IMG/VR virus record: IMGVR_UViG_3300035522_000061 | Coordinates: 1 to 64,000 of that record | Strand: one strand, 5' to 3' | DNA from: a virus | Lineage: Duplodnaviria; Heunggongvirae; Uroviricota; Caudoviricetes | Length of the DNA: 64,000 bases | Part shown: positions 17,440 to 27,697 of the stretch, piece by piece | Numbering within the stretch: the first letter of the stretch is position 1 | How the letters are laid out: every line of letters starts with the position of its first letter | The notes under the pieces: generated by a model | Told to the model about the DNA's origin: nothing | The model's input: only the letters and a program-made list of their open reading frames with translations | Database searches by the model: none | Made by a program: the position numbers and the translations under genes

Positions 17440-18041
17440 TTTTAAATAATATGAAAGAATATATTGACGCTATTGAAAGTTCCTTTGTTGATTTTTCAGG
17501 TAAAGAACATCGTTTTGTTGTGGCTGCAATTAGCCAGGTTCTTCCTAAATACACTGATCAAGGTGAGGAATTAACTTATGAAGTAAATGAATACATTGAA
17601 GATTATGGCTGTAATGATTGTTTAAGTACAATTGTAAAAGTACTTCGTGTTGGCTTTTCGGTATGTAATCCAGAGGATGACTTCGATTTTCAGACTGGCA
17701 AGCTAAAAGCAGTTGCTCGTGCTCGTATTAATACTCCTATTCTTTATGCTAGTAGTGCTGGAGTCATTAATAATCGAGTAGTTAAGGCACTATTAATTCA
17801 GGAAGCTGAATACCTTAAAAAGAATCCCGAACTATTAATTCCAGGATATACGGAAAGGAAAAGAAGACTTGAACTACGTGAAGAAATGCTAGAGTTAAAA
17901 GATAATTTTAACAAGCTTGAAAAAGAAGTGCTTGCAGCCTTACAAGTGAATCCAAAGATTTTTGATAATGTTAAGAAGTACTTAACATGGAAAGAAAATC
18001 AAATAAAAGGTGGAAATAAGTGTCCCGCAGAGAAATTGTAA
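17424..18041 (+). CDS. hypothetical protein
   Basis: 205-aa ORF. Confidence 0.45.
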   Translation: MGSKIILNNMKEYIDAIESSFVDFSGKEHRFVVAAISQVLPKYTDQGEELTYEVNEYIEDYGCNDCLSTIVKVLRVGFSVCNPEDDFDFQTGKLKAVARARINTPILYASSAGVINNRVVKALLIQEAEYLKKNPELLIPGYTERKRRLELREEMLELKDNFNKLEKEVLAALQVNPKIFDNVKKYLTWKENQIKGGNKCPAEKL

Positions 18042-18340
18042 TAATATTTGTTGGTATAGTAATTATAATTTGTATTGTCCTTCACAAGAGGGACAATACT
18101 TTTATTGACAATACAAAAGTTATAGATTCTTTAGAAACTGAAATTAGTAAATTAGCAACTAAGAGAGACAGTATAGATGAGCGAATTGATACAATAACAA
18201 TAACAATAGAAAAAACTCATATCCAATATGAAAAAGATCGTAACACTATTATCAATAATAGTACTAGCGAAGACTATGTGTTTTTCCTCGACTACATTCA
18301 AGCTAACAAGTCGAGACTCGACAGTATCAATAACCTCTGA
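18020..18340 (+). CDS. small membrane/coiled-coil protein
   Basis: N-terminal TM helix. Overlaps the next ORF by ~110 nt in another frame. Confidence 0.35.
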   Translation: MSRREIVIIFVGIVIIICIVLHKRDNTFIDNTKVIDSLETEISKLATKRDSIDERIDTITITIEKTHIQYEKDRNTIINNSTSEDYVFFLDYIQANKSRLDSINNL

Positions 18341-18632
18341 ACAGCTTAAATATGCAAATTTAATATTTGTAGAGCATGATAAGTTATTAAAAGAAAATGA
18401 TTTATTAAATATACAAGTGCAGAATTATATTTATAAATCTAAATTTCTAGAAAAAACTGATTCTTTAAGACTACTTCAAATTAATTCTTATAAAGATATT
18501 AATGAAAGTTATGCTAAACAAGTAGAAGATTTAAATAAGAAAATTCTGAAACAAAAGAAAACTGTTACAGGATGGAAGATTGGAGGAATTACTGTTAGTG
18601 CTGGGTTACTATTATTATTACTTTTAAAGTGA
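18228..18632 (+). CDS. secreted or membrane coiled-coil protein
   Basis: Signal-like N-terminus and a C-terminal TM helix (GGITVSAGLLLLLLL). Confidence 0.35.
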   Translation: MKKIVTLLSIIVLAKTMCFSSTTFKLTSRDSTVSITSEQLKYANLIFVEHDKLLKENDLLNIQVQNYIYKSKFLEKTDSLRLLQINSYKDINESYAKQVEDLNKKILKQKKTVTGWKIGGITVSAGLLLLLLLK

Positions 18633-18795
18633 ATCCATTAAAAGTTAAGAAAGACAAATTCGGAGTAAAACTTAAATATCCTGATAGAACATGTGCTACT
18701 TGTAGAAAGTATCCATGTTTTACTGGGATAGATAAGTGTTCTAGTGATTTTGCTAAATATGGTTGTATATATTATTCTGAACCTTTAATTGAATT

Positions 18796-19101
18796 ATGAC
18801 GGTTTTAGCACAATTATTAGCAACGTATACTGACAATGGAGGATACATAACTTATGTATTTGAGAATTTAGAAGAAGATGTAGCCAAAGAAAGCAAATAC
18901 ATCATGTGTGTTAGGTACCCTAATTGGAATCACAGACCTTTGAAACTTGGAGAAGTTGGATTTCTATTCTTTATAGAAGTAATAGCTGGAAAAGATACTT
19001 GGTTTGATGGTTCTAAAAATATACCTTATAAATATGATGCTATTAGATTTGAAAAGTTTATTGAAAAACCAAAGAAATTAGATGTGGAATATGTTATGTA
19101 A
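18796..19101 (+). CDS. hypothetical protein
   Basis: 101-aa ORF. Confidence 0.4.
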   Translation: MTVLAQLLATYTDNGGYITYVFENLEEDVAKESKYIMCVRYPNWNHRPLKLGEVGFLFFIEVIAGKDTWFDGSKNIPYKYDAIRFEKFIEKPKKLDVEYVM

Positions 19102-19139
19102 GATAACAGAGAAGTATAAATATTATGAAAATTTGAATT

Positions 19140-20006
19140 ATGACAGTGATGAAAGAAAAACTAACCGAAGCTATTAACGCAAAGAATAATGATGTAAAGT
19201 CTTTTGTGTGGAAATTTGCTCGCAAGTCTGATGGTACACAACCAGAGATTAAGTTAATGGATGCAACTCCAGAACAGTTGAAAACATTCTACGCACATTG
19301 TAACTCAATGTTGTATAGTACTGATAAAAATAATCCAGGGCGTTATGTATTATTGGATATTATTAAAGAGCAACGTGATAAATGCAATATTGAATTATTC
19401 ATGCGTAAGATGGAATTGGGTAGTATAAGTGCAGATGGTAAAGGCTATCCTAAGTTTATGTATTTACAGAATATTTTGGACTTTAAGAAGAAGAATGCAG
19501 ACTATTTTGCAGAGCATGATTTTGCATCTTCTCCTATTAGTATTTTTACTGGAAAGCTTCCTAGAGAATTTGAGAATATCTCTATTGATTCTGTAATGAA
19601 TGCTTGTTTGGACCAACTAGGATTATTTAATAATAAACACATTACATTTAGCTTCATTTTAAATATGGGTGTATATCTTACCCCAGAAGAAATGAAAGAA
19701 TTCAATGAAAAGGATAGTGAAGGTAATGCTAAGAGTAAACTAGCTTTAATTAAGGAACGTCTTAATATTAAGGATTCCGTTAAGCTTACAGTAAAACCTG
19801 GAGGACTAAACTTCAGCGAATTGAGAGCTATGGTTAATCTTCGTACTAAGAAATATTCTGAACTTACTACAGAGCAACTTACAGTGCTTAGAAATAAAGT
19901 ATTGTTTAGACTTGAAAATGAAGTTACTTTCCATGTTTCTCAATGGGAAAAGAAAATAGACGAACTTGAAAAAGTAGCAAAAGTAAAGGGTGTTGTTCTA
20001 GAGTAA
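19140..20006 (+). CDS. hypothetical protein
   Basis: 288-aa ORF. Confidence 0.45.
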   Translation: MTVMKEKLTEAINAKNNDVKSFVWKFARKSDGTQPEIKLMDATPEQLKTFYAHCNSMLYSTDKNNPGRYVLLDIIKEQRDKCNIELFMRKMELGSISADGKGYPKFMYLQNILDFKKKNADYFAEHDFASSPISIFTGKLPREFENISIDSVMNACLDQLGLFNNKHITFSFILNMGVYLTPEEMKEFNEKDSEGNAKSKLALIKERLNIKDSVKLTVKPGGLNFSELRAMVNLRTKKYSELTTEQLTVLRNKVLFRLENEVTFHVSQWEKKIDELEKVAKVKGVVLE

Positions 20007-20082
20007 ATGTTTACACTTATCTTATACTGTCATAATATACCTATAGAAAATTATGCAGCTTTAATATATGTTATAGACAATT

Positions 20083-21360
20083 ATGCAGGAGTCTCTTTTT
20101 ACTAATATAAGTAGGGACGAGCGACAAGAACAAGGAAGAGTAAAATGGATTAAAAATAAATGTAGAGGAACCTTAGAATTTCCAACTGGGGTAGGTAAAA
20201 CAAGAACTGCTCTTAAATGTTTGAGTTCTGTCTTAGATAAGTACCCAGAATTAAGAATTTTAGTAGTTGTTCCTACAGATAATTTAAAATCACAGTGGAT
20301 TCCTCAATTAGATACCTGGGGATTGGGTTATAATTCTGAGGTTCAAATTATAAACACTGTTGTTAAACGAAATTGGCAAGCTGACATATTGGTATTAGAT
20401 GAATGCCATCGCTATAACTCGGATACCTTTAAAGAAATCTTCCATAAAGTAAGATATCGATATATTTTAGGACTTACAGCAACATTTGAACGTTTAGATG
20501 ATAAACATGCAATAATGGAAAAGTATTGTCCTGTTATTGATAAAATTACTACTGAGGAAGCTTTAGCTAATGGTTGGATTTCAGAATTCAAGGAATATCA
20601 AGTATTAATAGATGTAGACGATATTGATGTATATAAACAATACAACAGAGAGTTTACAGAACATTATGAGTTTTTTGGATTTGATTTTAATCTAGCTATG
20701 TCTTGTATTGGCCCGAAAGGATTTATTAATAGAGCTAAACTTAGAGATATGATGTGTCCAACTGGCACAGAAGAGCAACGTAAACAAGTATTCAAGAACA
20801 TTACTTATCACGCTACTGCTTTTATGAGAACTATTCAAAAACGAAAAGCTTTCATAAATAATCATCCTAAGAAGCTGGAACTTGCTAGAAAGATTATTAA
20901 TGCACGACCAACTGCAAAAATAATTACTTTTTCAAATAATGTAGCAATGGCTGAGGCTATAGGTCTCGGAATGGTCTACACAGGTAAAGATAGCAAGAAA
21001 AAAGGTCGTATAACATTGGAAGAATTCAATGAAATGCCCTTTGGTGTAATAAATTCGTGCGCCAAACTCAACGAAGGTGCAGATATAAAAGGTTTGTCAG
21101 TTGCTATTGTTCTTGGACGAGATTCCTCTGAAACTAAATCTGTTCAAAGAAGAGGTAGGGTCGTTAGAAAGGAAGGCGATAAGATAGCAGAGATATTTAA
21201 TTTGGTAATTGACCAAACAGTAGAAACAAAATGGTTTTCTAATTCTCACCAAACTACGGAATATATTACTATAGACGAAAAAGGTCTTGATAATGTATTA
21301 GATGGGAAAGAACCAGAACCATATGTAAAGAAAATAAAAGATTTTACATTTAGATATTAA
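20083..21360 (+). CDS. SF2 DEAH-box helicase (UvsW/RecG-like)
   Basis: Walker A FPTGVGKTRTAL, DECH box (LVLDECHRY) and motif VI QRRGRVVRK. Confidence 0.7.
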   Translation: MQESLFTNISRDERQEQGRVKWIKNKCRGTLEFPTGVGKTRTALKCLSSVLDKYPELRILVVVPTDNLKSQWIPQLDTWGLGYNSEVQIINTVVKRNWQADILVLDECHRYNSDTFKEIFHKVRYRYILGLTATFERLDDKHAIMEKYCPVIDKITTEEALANGWISEFKEYQVLIDVDDIDVYKQYNREFTEHYEFFGFDFNLAMSCIGPKGFINRAKLRDMMCPTGTEEQRKQVFKNITYHATAFMRTIQKRKAFINNHPKKLELARKIINARPTAKIITFSNNVAMAEAIGLGMVYTGKDSKKKGRITLEEFNEMPFGVINSCAKLNEGADIKGLSVAIVLGRDSSETKSVQRRGRVVRKEGDKIAEIFNLVIDQTVETKWFSNSHQTTEYITIDEKGLDNVLDGKEPEPYVKKIKDFTFRY

Positions 21361-21450
21361 CGTATGTAGTGATTCCGCTCCGAAAGGAGAATAAACATTT
21401 TACAGTTTAGAGATTGCAACTTTTTAAGTAAATATCTTTAAACTAGAAAT

Positions 21451-22071
21451 TTGAAACATTTAACTCTAAGTTTAGAAGAGGAAATAAATCTCTTGGACAA
21501 ATATAATTTAACTCCTAATGAATTCCTAATAGTTAAAGTTCTTCTATTATTGCAAGATAATGAAGAAGAAGAATTGTTTTATAATTTAATAACAACTATA
21601 AAACATATTGGGCTTGCATTGCGAGATATTCTTATTAGTTTACAAGAGAAGGGTGTAATTTTAAAAACATATAAAGTACCATCTGAAGGAACTAAATTTG
21701 ATCCTTTTGCTATTCCTATTAATAAGAATTTTGTAAAGCATTTTTATAAATGTTCTTTTGAAATAGGTAAAGAATTATTTGATAATTATCCTCAGTTCGC
21801 TACTATTAACGGTTGTGTAGTACCCCTACGTACTGTTGCTAAGAAGTTTGATTCATTAGAACAAGCTTATCTTAAATATGGTAGAGCAATTGGATTTAAT
21901 CCAGAAAAGCATGAGAAAATTATAGAATTAGTTAAATGGGCAAAAGACAATAATATCTTAAATTGTTCTTTAGCTTCATTTATAGTTAATGAAGGGTGGC
22001 ACGATTTAGAGGCTCTCAGAAATGGTAAAGATGTGGCAAATATTAATTATGATGCAGTTAGAATTTTATGA
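21451..22071 (+). CDS. hypothetical protein (upstream partner of the helicase, possible loader)
   Basis: 206 aa. ATGA-coupled to the DnaB-like gene. Confidence 0.35.
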   Translation: MKHLTLSLEEEINLLDKYNLTPNEFLIVKVLLLLQDNEEEELFYNLITTIKHIGLALRDILISLQEKGVILKTYKVPSEGTKFDPFAIPINKNFVKHFYKCSFEIGKELFDNYPQFATINGCVVPLRTVAKKFDSLEQAYLKYGRAIGFNPEKHEKIIELVKWAKDNNILNCSLASFIVNEGWHDLEALRNGKDVANINYDAVRIL

Positions 22072-22847
22072 TTGCAGAATCATTACTTCATCAGATTGAA
22101 GTAGGTAGATTAGGTAAGCAGTGGGGATACTCAATGGGTCTCCCAAAATTAGAAGAGATAATAGATGGAGTATCTAGAGGAATTTATACTTTAGTATTTA
22201 GTCCTACTGGTAGTGGTAAGAGTTCACTTGCTTTATATTCTTATGTATATAGACCATTAATGGAACATCTTGATGATGGTAATTTTAAAGTTAGTTATTT
22301 TTCATTAGAGATGAGCGCCGAAATGATCTATGCTAAGATATTAAGTATGTATATCTTTGAAACTTATGGAATAGAGTTGTCTACTGGAGAACTTCTTTCT
22401 AGAAAACGTAATTATAAATTATCTGATGATTATTATAAAATAACTCAAGAATGTTTACCTTGGTTACAGAAGGTTGAAAAGATTTTAGTTATTTATGATA
22501 AAGCATTAAATGCTAGTAGTTTATATACAATCTTAATGGCTCAACTAGAAAAAGATGGCAAGTTTGAAGAAACAGATGGTAGAAAAATATATCATCCTAG
22601 TAATGAAGAACTTACTCATTTAGTAGTTATAGACCATTTAAGTTTAGTAAGAAGGTCTAATGGACGTACTCTAAAAGAAGAAATGGATTTAATATCCTCC
22701 TATTTGGTAACATTAAGAAATATATGTAAAATTAGTCCGCTTGTAATTATGCAAGCAAATCGAAATTCTACTTCTATGGATAGAAGAAAAGAAGGATTAA
22801 ATAACTTAAGAATTGATGATACCAAAGATACTGGTGCGCCAAATTAG
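22068..22847 (+). CDS. DnaB-like replicative helicase RecA-fold domain, exon 1 (gene interrupted)
   Basis: Walker A SPTGSGKSS, Walker B HLVVIDHLS and MQANR motif. The ORF stops just before the conserved arginine-finger region, which reappears ~250 nt downstream. Confidence 0.6.
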   Translation: MIAESLLHQIEVGRLGKQWGYSMGLPKLEEIIDGVSRGIYTLVFSPTGSGKSSLALYSYVYRPLMEHLDDGNFKVSYFSLEMSAEMIYAKILSMYIFETYGIELSTGELLSRKRNYKLSDDYYKITQECLPWLQKVEKILVIYDKALNASSLYTILMAQLEKDGKFEETDGRKIYHPSNEELTHLVVIDHLSLVRRSNGRTLKEEMDLISSYLVTLRNICKISPLVIMQANRNSTSMDRRKEGLNNLRIDDTKDTGAPN

Positions 22848-23091
22848 GGCTAGACGCACCTAAAACTCCGTTAAACGGGGAAACTCCTAAATAGGACAAT
22901 CCCGTGCTAAATCCTTTAGAAATAAAGGAAAACGCCTAACGACTAGAAGTGATGCTAAACAGGTAGAGCTGTAGCTATAAAATCTTCCACGAAAGCGGGG
23001 CACTGCTTACATTTGTAAGTTAAAGAGATAGTCTGAACTATATAGTAATATATAGAAGTATAAGATAAAGAACTTATACGATAACATTATG
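22837..23091 (+). mobile_element. putative group I intron in the DnaB-like helicase gene (no homing endonuclease; boundaries +/-10 nt)
   Basis: ~255-nt GC-richer non-coding gap between two halves of one helicase. The downstream half has no ATG. Confidence 0.4.
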
Positions 23092-23398
23092 CAGCCCAGG
23101 ATTCGGAAATAATTATATCTATTTTTAATCCTCATAGAGAAAAATTAGCTAGTTATAGAGGATATGACATAAAACAGTTAGGTGCTAATTTTAGAAGTAT
23201 AACAGTTTTAAAGAATAGATATGGAGAATCTGATGTAGAAGTAGGATGTGCCTTTTATGGTGCAGTTTCAATATTTTCAGAACTTCCAAAACCAGATGAA
23301 ATTTATGATTATGCAAAGTATAAAAGTTCCGAATGGCTTTTAGCTAATAGTAAAGAAGATACAGAAGAAAAACAATCAAAACACAATTTTGTATTATA
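23085..23398 (+). CDS. DnaB-like helicase exon 2 (C-terminal segment, no start codon)
   Basis: Open frame AAQDSEIIISIFNPHRE...KNRYGESDVEVGCAFYG aligns with DnaB (IEQDADLIMFIYR...KQRNGPIGTVRLTF). It contains no Met. Confidence 0.5.
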
Positions 23399-23671
23399 AT
23401 GGCAGCGCAGACAATATTAATTTTAGGTGAAAGTGGACAAGGTAAAAGTTCTAGTTTAAGAAATTTAAATGCGGAAGAAACATTTATTATTTCTACTACT
23501 TCTAAACCTCTTCCTTGGAGAGGTTGGAAAAAGCACTTTAAGAAATGGGATCCTAAAACTAGTCCAGAGGGTAATTGGTATCAAACTTCTAAATCTTCTA
23601 ATATAATTACTATTGTTAAATATGTTAACTCTAAGAGACCGGAGATAAAGAATATCGTAGTCGATAAGTAA
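23399..23671 (+). CDS. P-loop NTPase-like small protein (possibly a truncated or interrupted gene)
   Basis: ILILGESGQGKSSS is a Walker A motif. The ORF is only 90 aa. A GIY-YIG homing endonuclease follows. Confidence 0.35.
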   Translation: MAAQTILILGESGQGKSSSLRNLNAEETFIISTTSKPLPWRGWKKHFKKWDPKTSPEGNWYQTSKSSNIITIVKYVNSKRPEIKNIVVDK

Positions 23672-23944
23672 AAATTGTCGACTTTAAATCCCGTTAATTG
23701 CTGGGACATCCTTAGAGCTTTATAAACTACAACGATGATTAGTAATAATGAACGTGAATGTTTAAAAATTATAAAGATTGGACAATCAGCAGCCAAGATT
23801 CTATATGGCGAAATAGAATAAGGTTCACAGACTATCCTTTATGGAGTAAAAATTGAAAAACAAATATTTGCTTTTTAATTTTGAAAAGCGGGAAATTTAG
23901 AGTATATTTGAAGTAAATTATTAATAATAAATTTATTTCAAAAT

Positions 23945-24871
23945 ATGCAACAAAATAATTATTCATTTTATGTTCTTAAATCGGACATATCGCCAGACGA
24001 AATTCGTTATGTAGGAGTAACTACTCAAAAATTAGATAGAAGATTTTCTCAACATAAATACTGTGCTAACCATCCAGAAAAAAGAGGATTACCTGTTCAT
24101 AAATGGATATACTCTGTATATAAAAATGGGGGCTCAGTTATTATAGAGAAAATAGACGAATGCTCAGAAGAAGCTTGGGAAGCTAGAGAGCAATACTGGA
24201 TTAGTTATTATAAAAACCTTGGACATAAATTAATGAATATTGACAAAGGAGGAAAAGGTGTAATAACTAAAGAAAAAAGAAGTATTGATTCTCTTACAAG
24301 AGCAGGAAATGCCCATAAAAAACCGATAACAGCATTTAATTTAGATGGCACTAAATATAAAGATTTTGATTCTATTACTGAAGCAGCAGCTGAATTAAAC
24401 GGATCAATAACTAATATAGATAGTGTATTAAATGGTAATTCTAAATCAGCTTGTGGTTTTATATGGAAATATAAAACAGAAGAAGAAAAAATAGATTCTT
24501 ATAAAAAAGAATCTATTGGAATTAAAATATATCAGTTTGATTTATATGGAAATTTATTAAGAGAATTTGAAAGTAAAAAGTGTGTAATTCAATTCCTTAA
24601 TAAAAATAGCCACCACGCGTTGGATAAAGCCATAAAAAATAAAACTGAATATAAAAGGTTCTTTTGGGCATTAACTGATAAAATAAATATTTCCGAGTAT
24701 GTATCTCCATTTAAATATAAGATTACTAAAAATGGAGAGGAAGTAATTCAATTAATAGAACAAAAAGAAGTTGCTGAGTATTTATGTATATCTAAATCTG
24801 CTGTTAATCAGTGGTTAAAGAAATATAACGGATCGTTTTCATGTAATAATTATATTGTTGATACAATCTAA
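23945..24871 (+). CDS. GIY-YIG homing endonuclease
   Basis: N-terminal YSFYVL...IRYVGVTTQ...R, then FSQHK and N motifs. C-terminal repeated DNA-binding modules (NUMOD/IENR-like GFIWKYK, HTH). Confidence 0.65.
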   Translation: MQQNNYSFYVLKSDISPDEIRYVGVTTQKLDRRFSQHKYCANHPEKRGLPVHKWIYSVYKNGGSVIIEKIDECSEEAWEAREQYWISYYKNLGHKLMNIDKGGKGVITKEKRSIDSLTRAGNAHKKPITAFNLDGTKYKDFDSITEAAAELNGSITNIDSVLNGNSKSACGFIWKYKTEEEKIDSYKKESIGIKIYQFDLYGNLLREFESKKCVIQFLNKNSHHALDKAIKNKTEYKRFFWALTDKINISEYVSPFKYKITKNGEEVIQLIEQKEVAEYLCISKSAVNQWLKKYNGSFSCNNYIVDTI

Positions 24872-24919
24872 ATTAAGATATAGTCGGTCTTATATTGAAA
24901 AATATAAGGTTGCACGGAT

Positions 24920-25339
24920 TTGCAATATACCATGTCTTTCGAATACATGGATCGTAGGTCTGAAACTGGATTTACTAAGTTTTCTGATATTGGTGGAGAC
25001 TTTACTGATCTTTTAAGAGTTGCAGATATTATTAGAGATGATATTAAACTTATCTTCACAGGACACAGTGAGAATGTCGGAGATGCTATGAACCCACACT
25101 GGAGTTTGAAAACAATTGGCAAAATGGTTAATGAAAAGATTACTCCAGAAGGTTTGTTTACTTATGTTTTCTACGCGATGGCTATACCAGGAGATAATAA
25201 AATGGAATATAAATTTCTTACTAATACAGATGGTGAGCATGTCGCTAAAACTCCTCTAGGAATGTTTGAAGAACAACTAATAGATAATGATGTTGCAGAG
25301 ATTATTAAGATTATAGACGCATATAACGAAGGAGAATAA
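24920..25339 (+). CDS. hypothetical protein
   Basis: 139-aa ORF that the track starts at a TTG. The frame is open upstream. Confidence 0.4.
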   Translation: MQYTMSFEYMDRRSETGFTKFSDIGGDFTDLLRVADIIRDDIKLIFTGHSENVGDAMNPHWSLKTIGKMVNEKITPEGLFTYVFYAMAIPGDNKMEYKFLTNTDGEHVAKTPLGMFEEQLIDNDVAEIIKIIDAYNEGE

Positions 25340-25899
25340 TGATAGTTGAAGAATTCACATTGACTCTTAAGTATCAAGTATCAATAAATAGTGATACTGG
25401 AGAGATGACTACAAAATGTATCAGTCGTACAATAGACAAACCAAAAACCAAAAAGAATAATGAGGATGAAAATCCACAATTAATCTTGGAGGATAACAAG
25501 TACAAACTTAATAGTGCAGCTATTGATTTAATGGGGCTTTCTCCAGATGATAAAGTTGATATTAAGTATGAAAAAAGAGGTTCTAACATGGTTCCTATTA
25601 TAGGAACTGATGAAGCCTTTGGAACAAAAGGAGGCAATCGCCTTACTAAAAGTAACACTGTAGCATGTAGGGGCAGTAAAAATGATGAACTTTCTAAGTA
25701 TGGTTCTATTTTTACTATTACCACGCATGAAAGTAAAGAGAATCTATTTGTTTTACATGGAGATTCTCAACCTGAAGAAATATCTAAAGGAGATGAAAAT
25801 ATTTCAATAGAGGATCTCGATGAAGAACTTCCTGTTGATTTATCTAGTTTAGATTTAGAAGAAGACATAAACTCATCCGATTTTTCATTTAATTTATAA
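25339..25899 (+). CDS. hypothetical acidic protein
   Basis: 186 aa with an Asp/Glu-rich C-terminus. Confidence 0.45.
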   Translation: MIVEEFTLTLKYQVSINSDTGEMTTKCISRTIDKPKTKKNNEDENPQLILEDNKYKLNSAAIDLMGLSPDDKVDIKYEKRGSNMVPIIGTDEAFGTKGGNRLTKSNTVACRGSKNDELSKYGSIFTITTHESKENLFVLHGDSQPEEISKGDENISIEDLDEELPVDLSSLDLEEDINSSDFSFNL

Positions 25900-25916
25900 T
25901 AAAAAGTAATATAATT

Positions 25917-26612
25917 ATGGCAGAATTTAATTTTGGTTCACTCGCAAACACTCAGGCAGTTTCTAATGTTCAACAACGTCTTAAACCTTGGAATATTTAT
26001 AATGTAAAGTTTACAGGTGCTCGTATTGACGTTATTCAGGGCAAGAAAGACCCTAATGCAACCTATAATATTCTTAAAGTAAGATTTGACGGTGAAGATG
26101 GATATTATGAAGAGTCTATTTTCTTCCCTAAAGAAGGAGATGACCAACGTCCTATGTACACTAGTAAGGATGGTCATGAGTATCCGGGAGCATCTTCATT
26201 TGATCGTACTATGACTTTTATTGCACAAGTAAGTGAAGTTCTTAATCCAGAAGGTTGGAAGAAATTGCAAGCAGCAAGTGTACGTTTTAAGAGTTTTGAT
26301 GATGTTGCAAAAGCTTTTATTGCAATCCTTGATAAAGTTAAAGGTAAGGAGACTAAACTTAAACTTGTAGGTAAAACCAAAGATAATCAAGTTCAAGCAG
26401 TTCTTCCTAAGTTTGTAGCTATTGATAAGCAAGGAAATAAATTTACTTGTGATAATTTTATTGGGGATAAATTGTTCTTTTCTGCATATGAGGAATCTAA
26501 GAAAGCAGAATATGAAAATGCAAAACCAACTGCAATGCCTTCTAAGCCTGCCGAAAATCTAGAGATTGATAATGCTGGTTCCGAAGACATTGATTTCTCA
26601 TCCCTTCTCTAA
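25917..26612 (+). CDS. hypothetical protein (possible ssDNA-binding protein, acidic C-terminal tail)
   Basis: 231 aa. Ends with the acidic tail EDIDFSSLL, reminiscent of SSB or gp32 tails. Sits in the replication module. Confidence 0.3.
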   Translation: MAEFNFGSLANTQAVSNVQQRLKPWNIYNVKFTGARIDVIQGKKDPNATYNILKVRFDGEDGYYEESIFFPKEGDDQRPMYTSKDGHEYPGASSFDRTMTFIAQVSEVLNPEGWKKLQAASVRFKSFDDVAKAFIAILDKVKGKETKLKLVGKTKDNQVQAVLPKFVAIDKQGNKFTCDNFIGDKLFFSAYEESKKAEYENAKPTAMPSKPAENLEIDNAGSEDIDFSSLL

Positions 26613-26686
26613 TGATTAGTTGAATTTTGGAAACTTTGGTTTTTGCTAGAAATTATATAAATTTGCATTAAAATATAATATAGTTT

Positions 26687-27697
26687 ATGAATTTCCAGTT
26701 TGAAACTAAGGTAACCAAGGAATTAATACTTTCTAGGTTTTCCGAGGAACAAATAATGGAATATTATTTACGAGTCCCTGTAAAGCATGGATTGTTTAGA
26801 TCTCCCTTAAGAAGAGATAAACAACCAACTTGTAGTTTTTATAGAAACAAATCAGGAGAATTAATTTTTAAAGATTTTGCAACTGGACAACATTTAAATA
26901 TATTTGGCATAGTTCAAAGTATGTTTGGTTGTTCCTACTATGAGGCTTTACGTATAATAGCAAATGATTTAGGAATTGTAAAGAATAGTTCTATTACTCG
27001 GAATCCTGGAAAGATTAATGAAAATCCAGTAACAATTAAAGATAAAGAGATGTCTAAAATCCAAGTTGAAGTACAAGATTTCACTGAATTAGAATTAAAA
27101 TGGTGGAAGAAGTATGGTATAACTTTGGATATTTTAAAAAGATTTGATGTTTATTCTTGTAAATATATATTTCTTAATGATCAAGTTTTTGCTAAATCCC
27201 AACAACATTGTCCTATATTTGGATATTATGGTAAGAAATATCAAGGTATGGAACTTTGGAGATGTTATTTTCCAAAAAGAACTTCTTTTAGATTTATAAC
27301 AAATTGGCCCAGTAAGAAAATACAAGGATTTGACCAACTTCCTAAAGAAGGAAAATTATTAGTAATCACAAAATCCATGAAAGACTGTATGTGCTTATAT
27401 TCTATGGGCATTACAGCTATTGCTCCTAATTCTGAAACCCAATTTATATCAGATACAGTATTGGAAAATCTAAAACAAAGATTTAAATATATTGTAGTAT
27501 TATTTGATAATGATTATACCGGAATTTCATTTATGTCTAAAATAAAAAAGAAGCATCCAGAATTAATTTATACTTGGTTGCCCAGAAAAAGTGGAGCAAA
27601 AGATATTAGTGATTATTATAAAGAAAATGGAAGAAGTAAAACATTAAATTTAATAAAGAGTTTTGTATTATGGCTAAGAAATCATAGAAAGAATTGA
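26687..27697 (+). CDS. toprim-domain protein, putative DNA primase
   Basis: Toprim Glu and DxD region (...SETQF...VVLFDNDYTGISF...GAKDISD). N-terminal CSFYRNKSGE resembles a degenerate primase zinc-binding motif. Confidence 0.45.
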   Translation: MNFQFETKVTKELILSRFSEEQIMEYYLRVPVKHGLFRSPLRRDKQPTCSFYRNKSGELIFKDFATGQHLNIFGIVQSMFGCSYYEALRIIANDLGIVKNSSITRNPGKINENPVTIKDKEMSKIQVEVQDFTELELKWWKKYGITLDILKRFDVYSCKYIFLNDQVFAKSQQHCPIFGYYGKKYQGMELWRCYFPKRTSFRFITNWPSKKIQGFDQLPKEGKLLVITKSMKDCMCLYSMGITAIAPNSETQFISDTVLENLKQRFKYIVVLFDNDYTGISFMSKIKKKHPELIYTWLPRKSGAKDISDYYKENGRSKTLNLIKSFVLWLRNHRKN

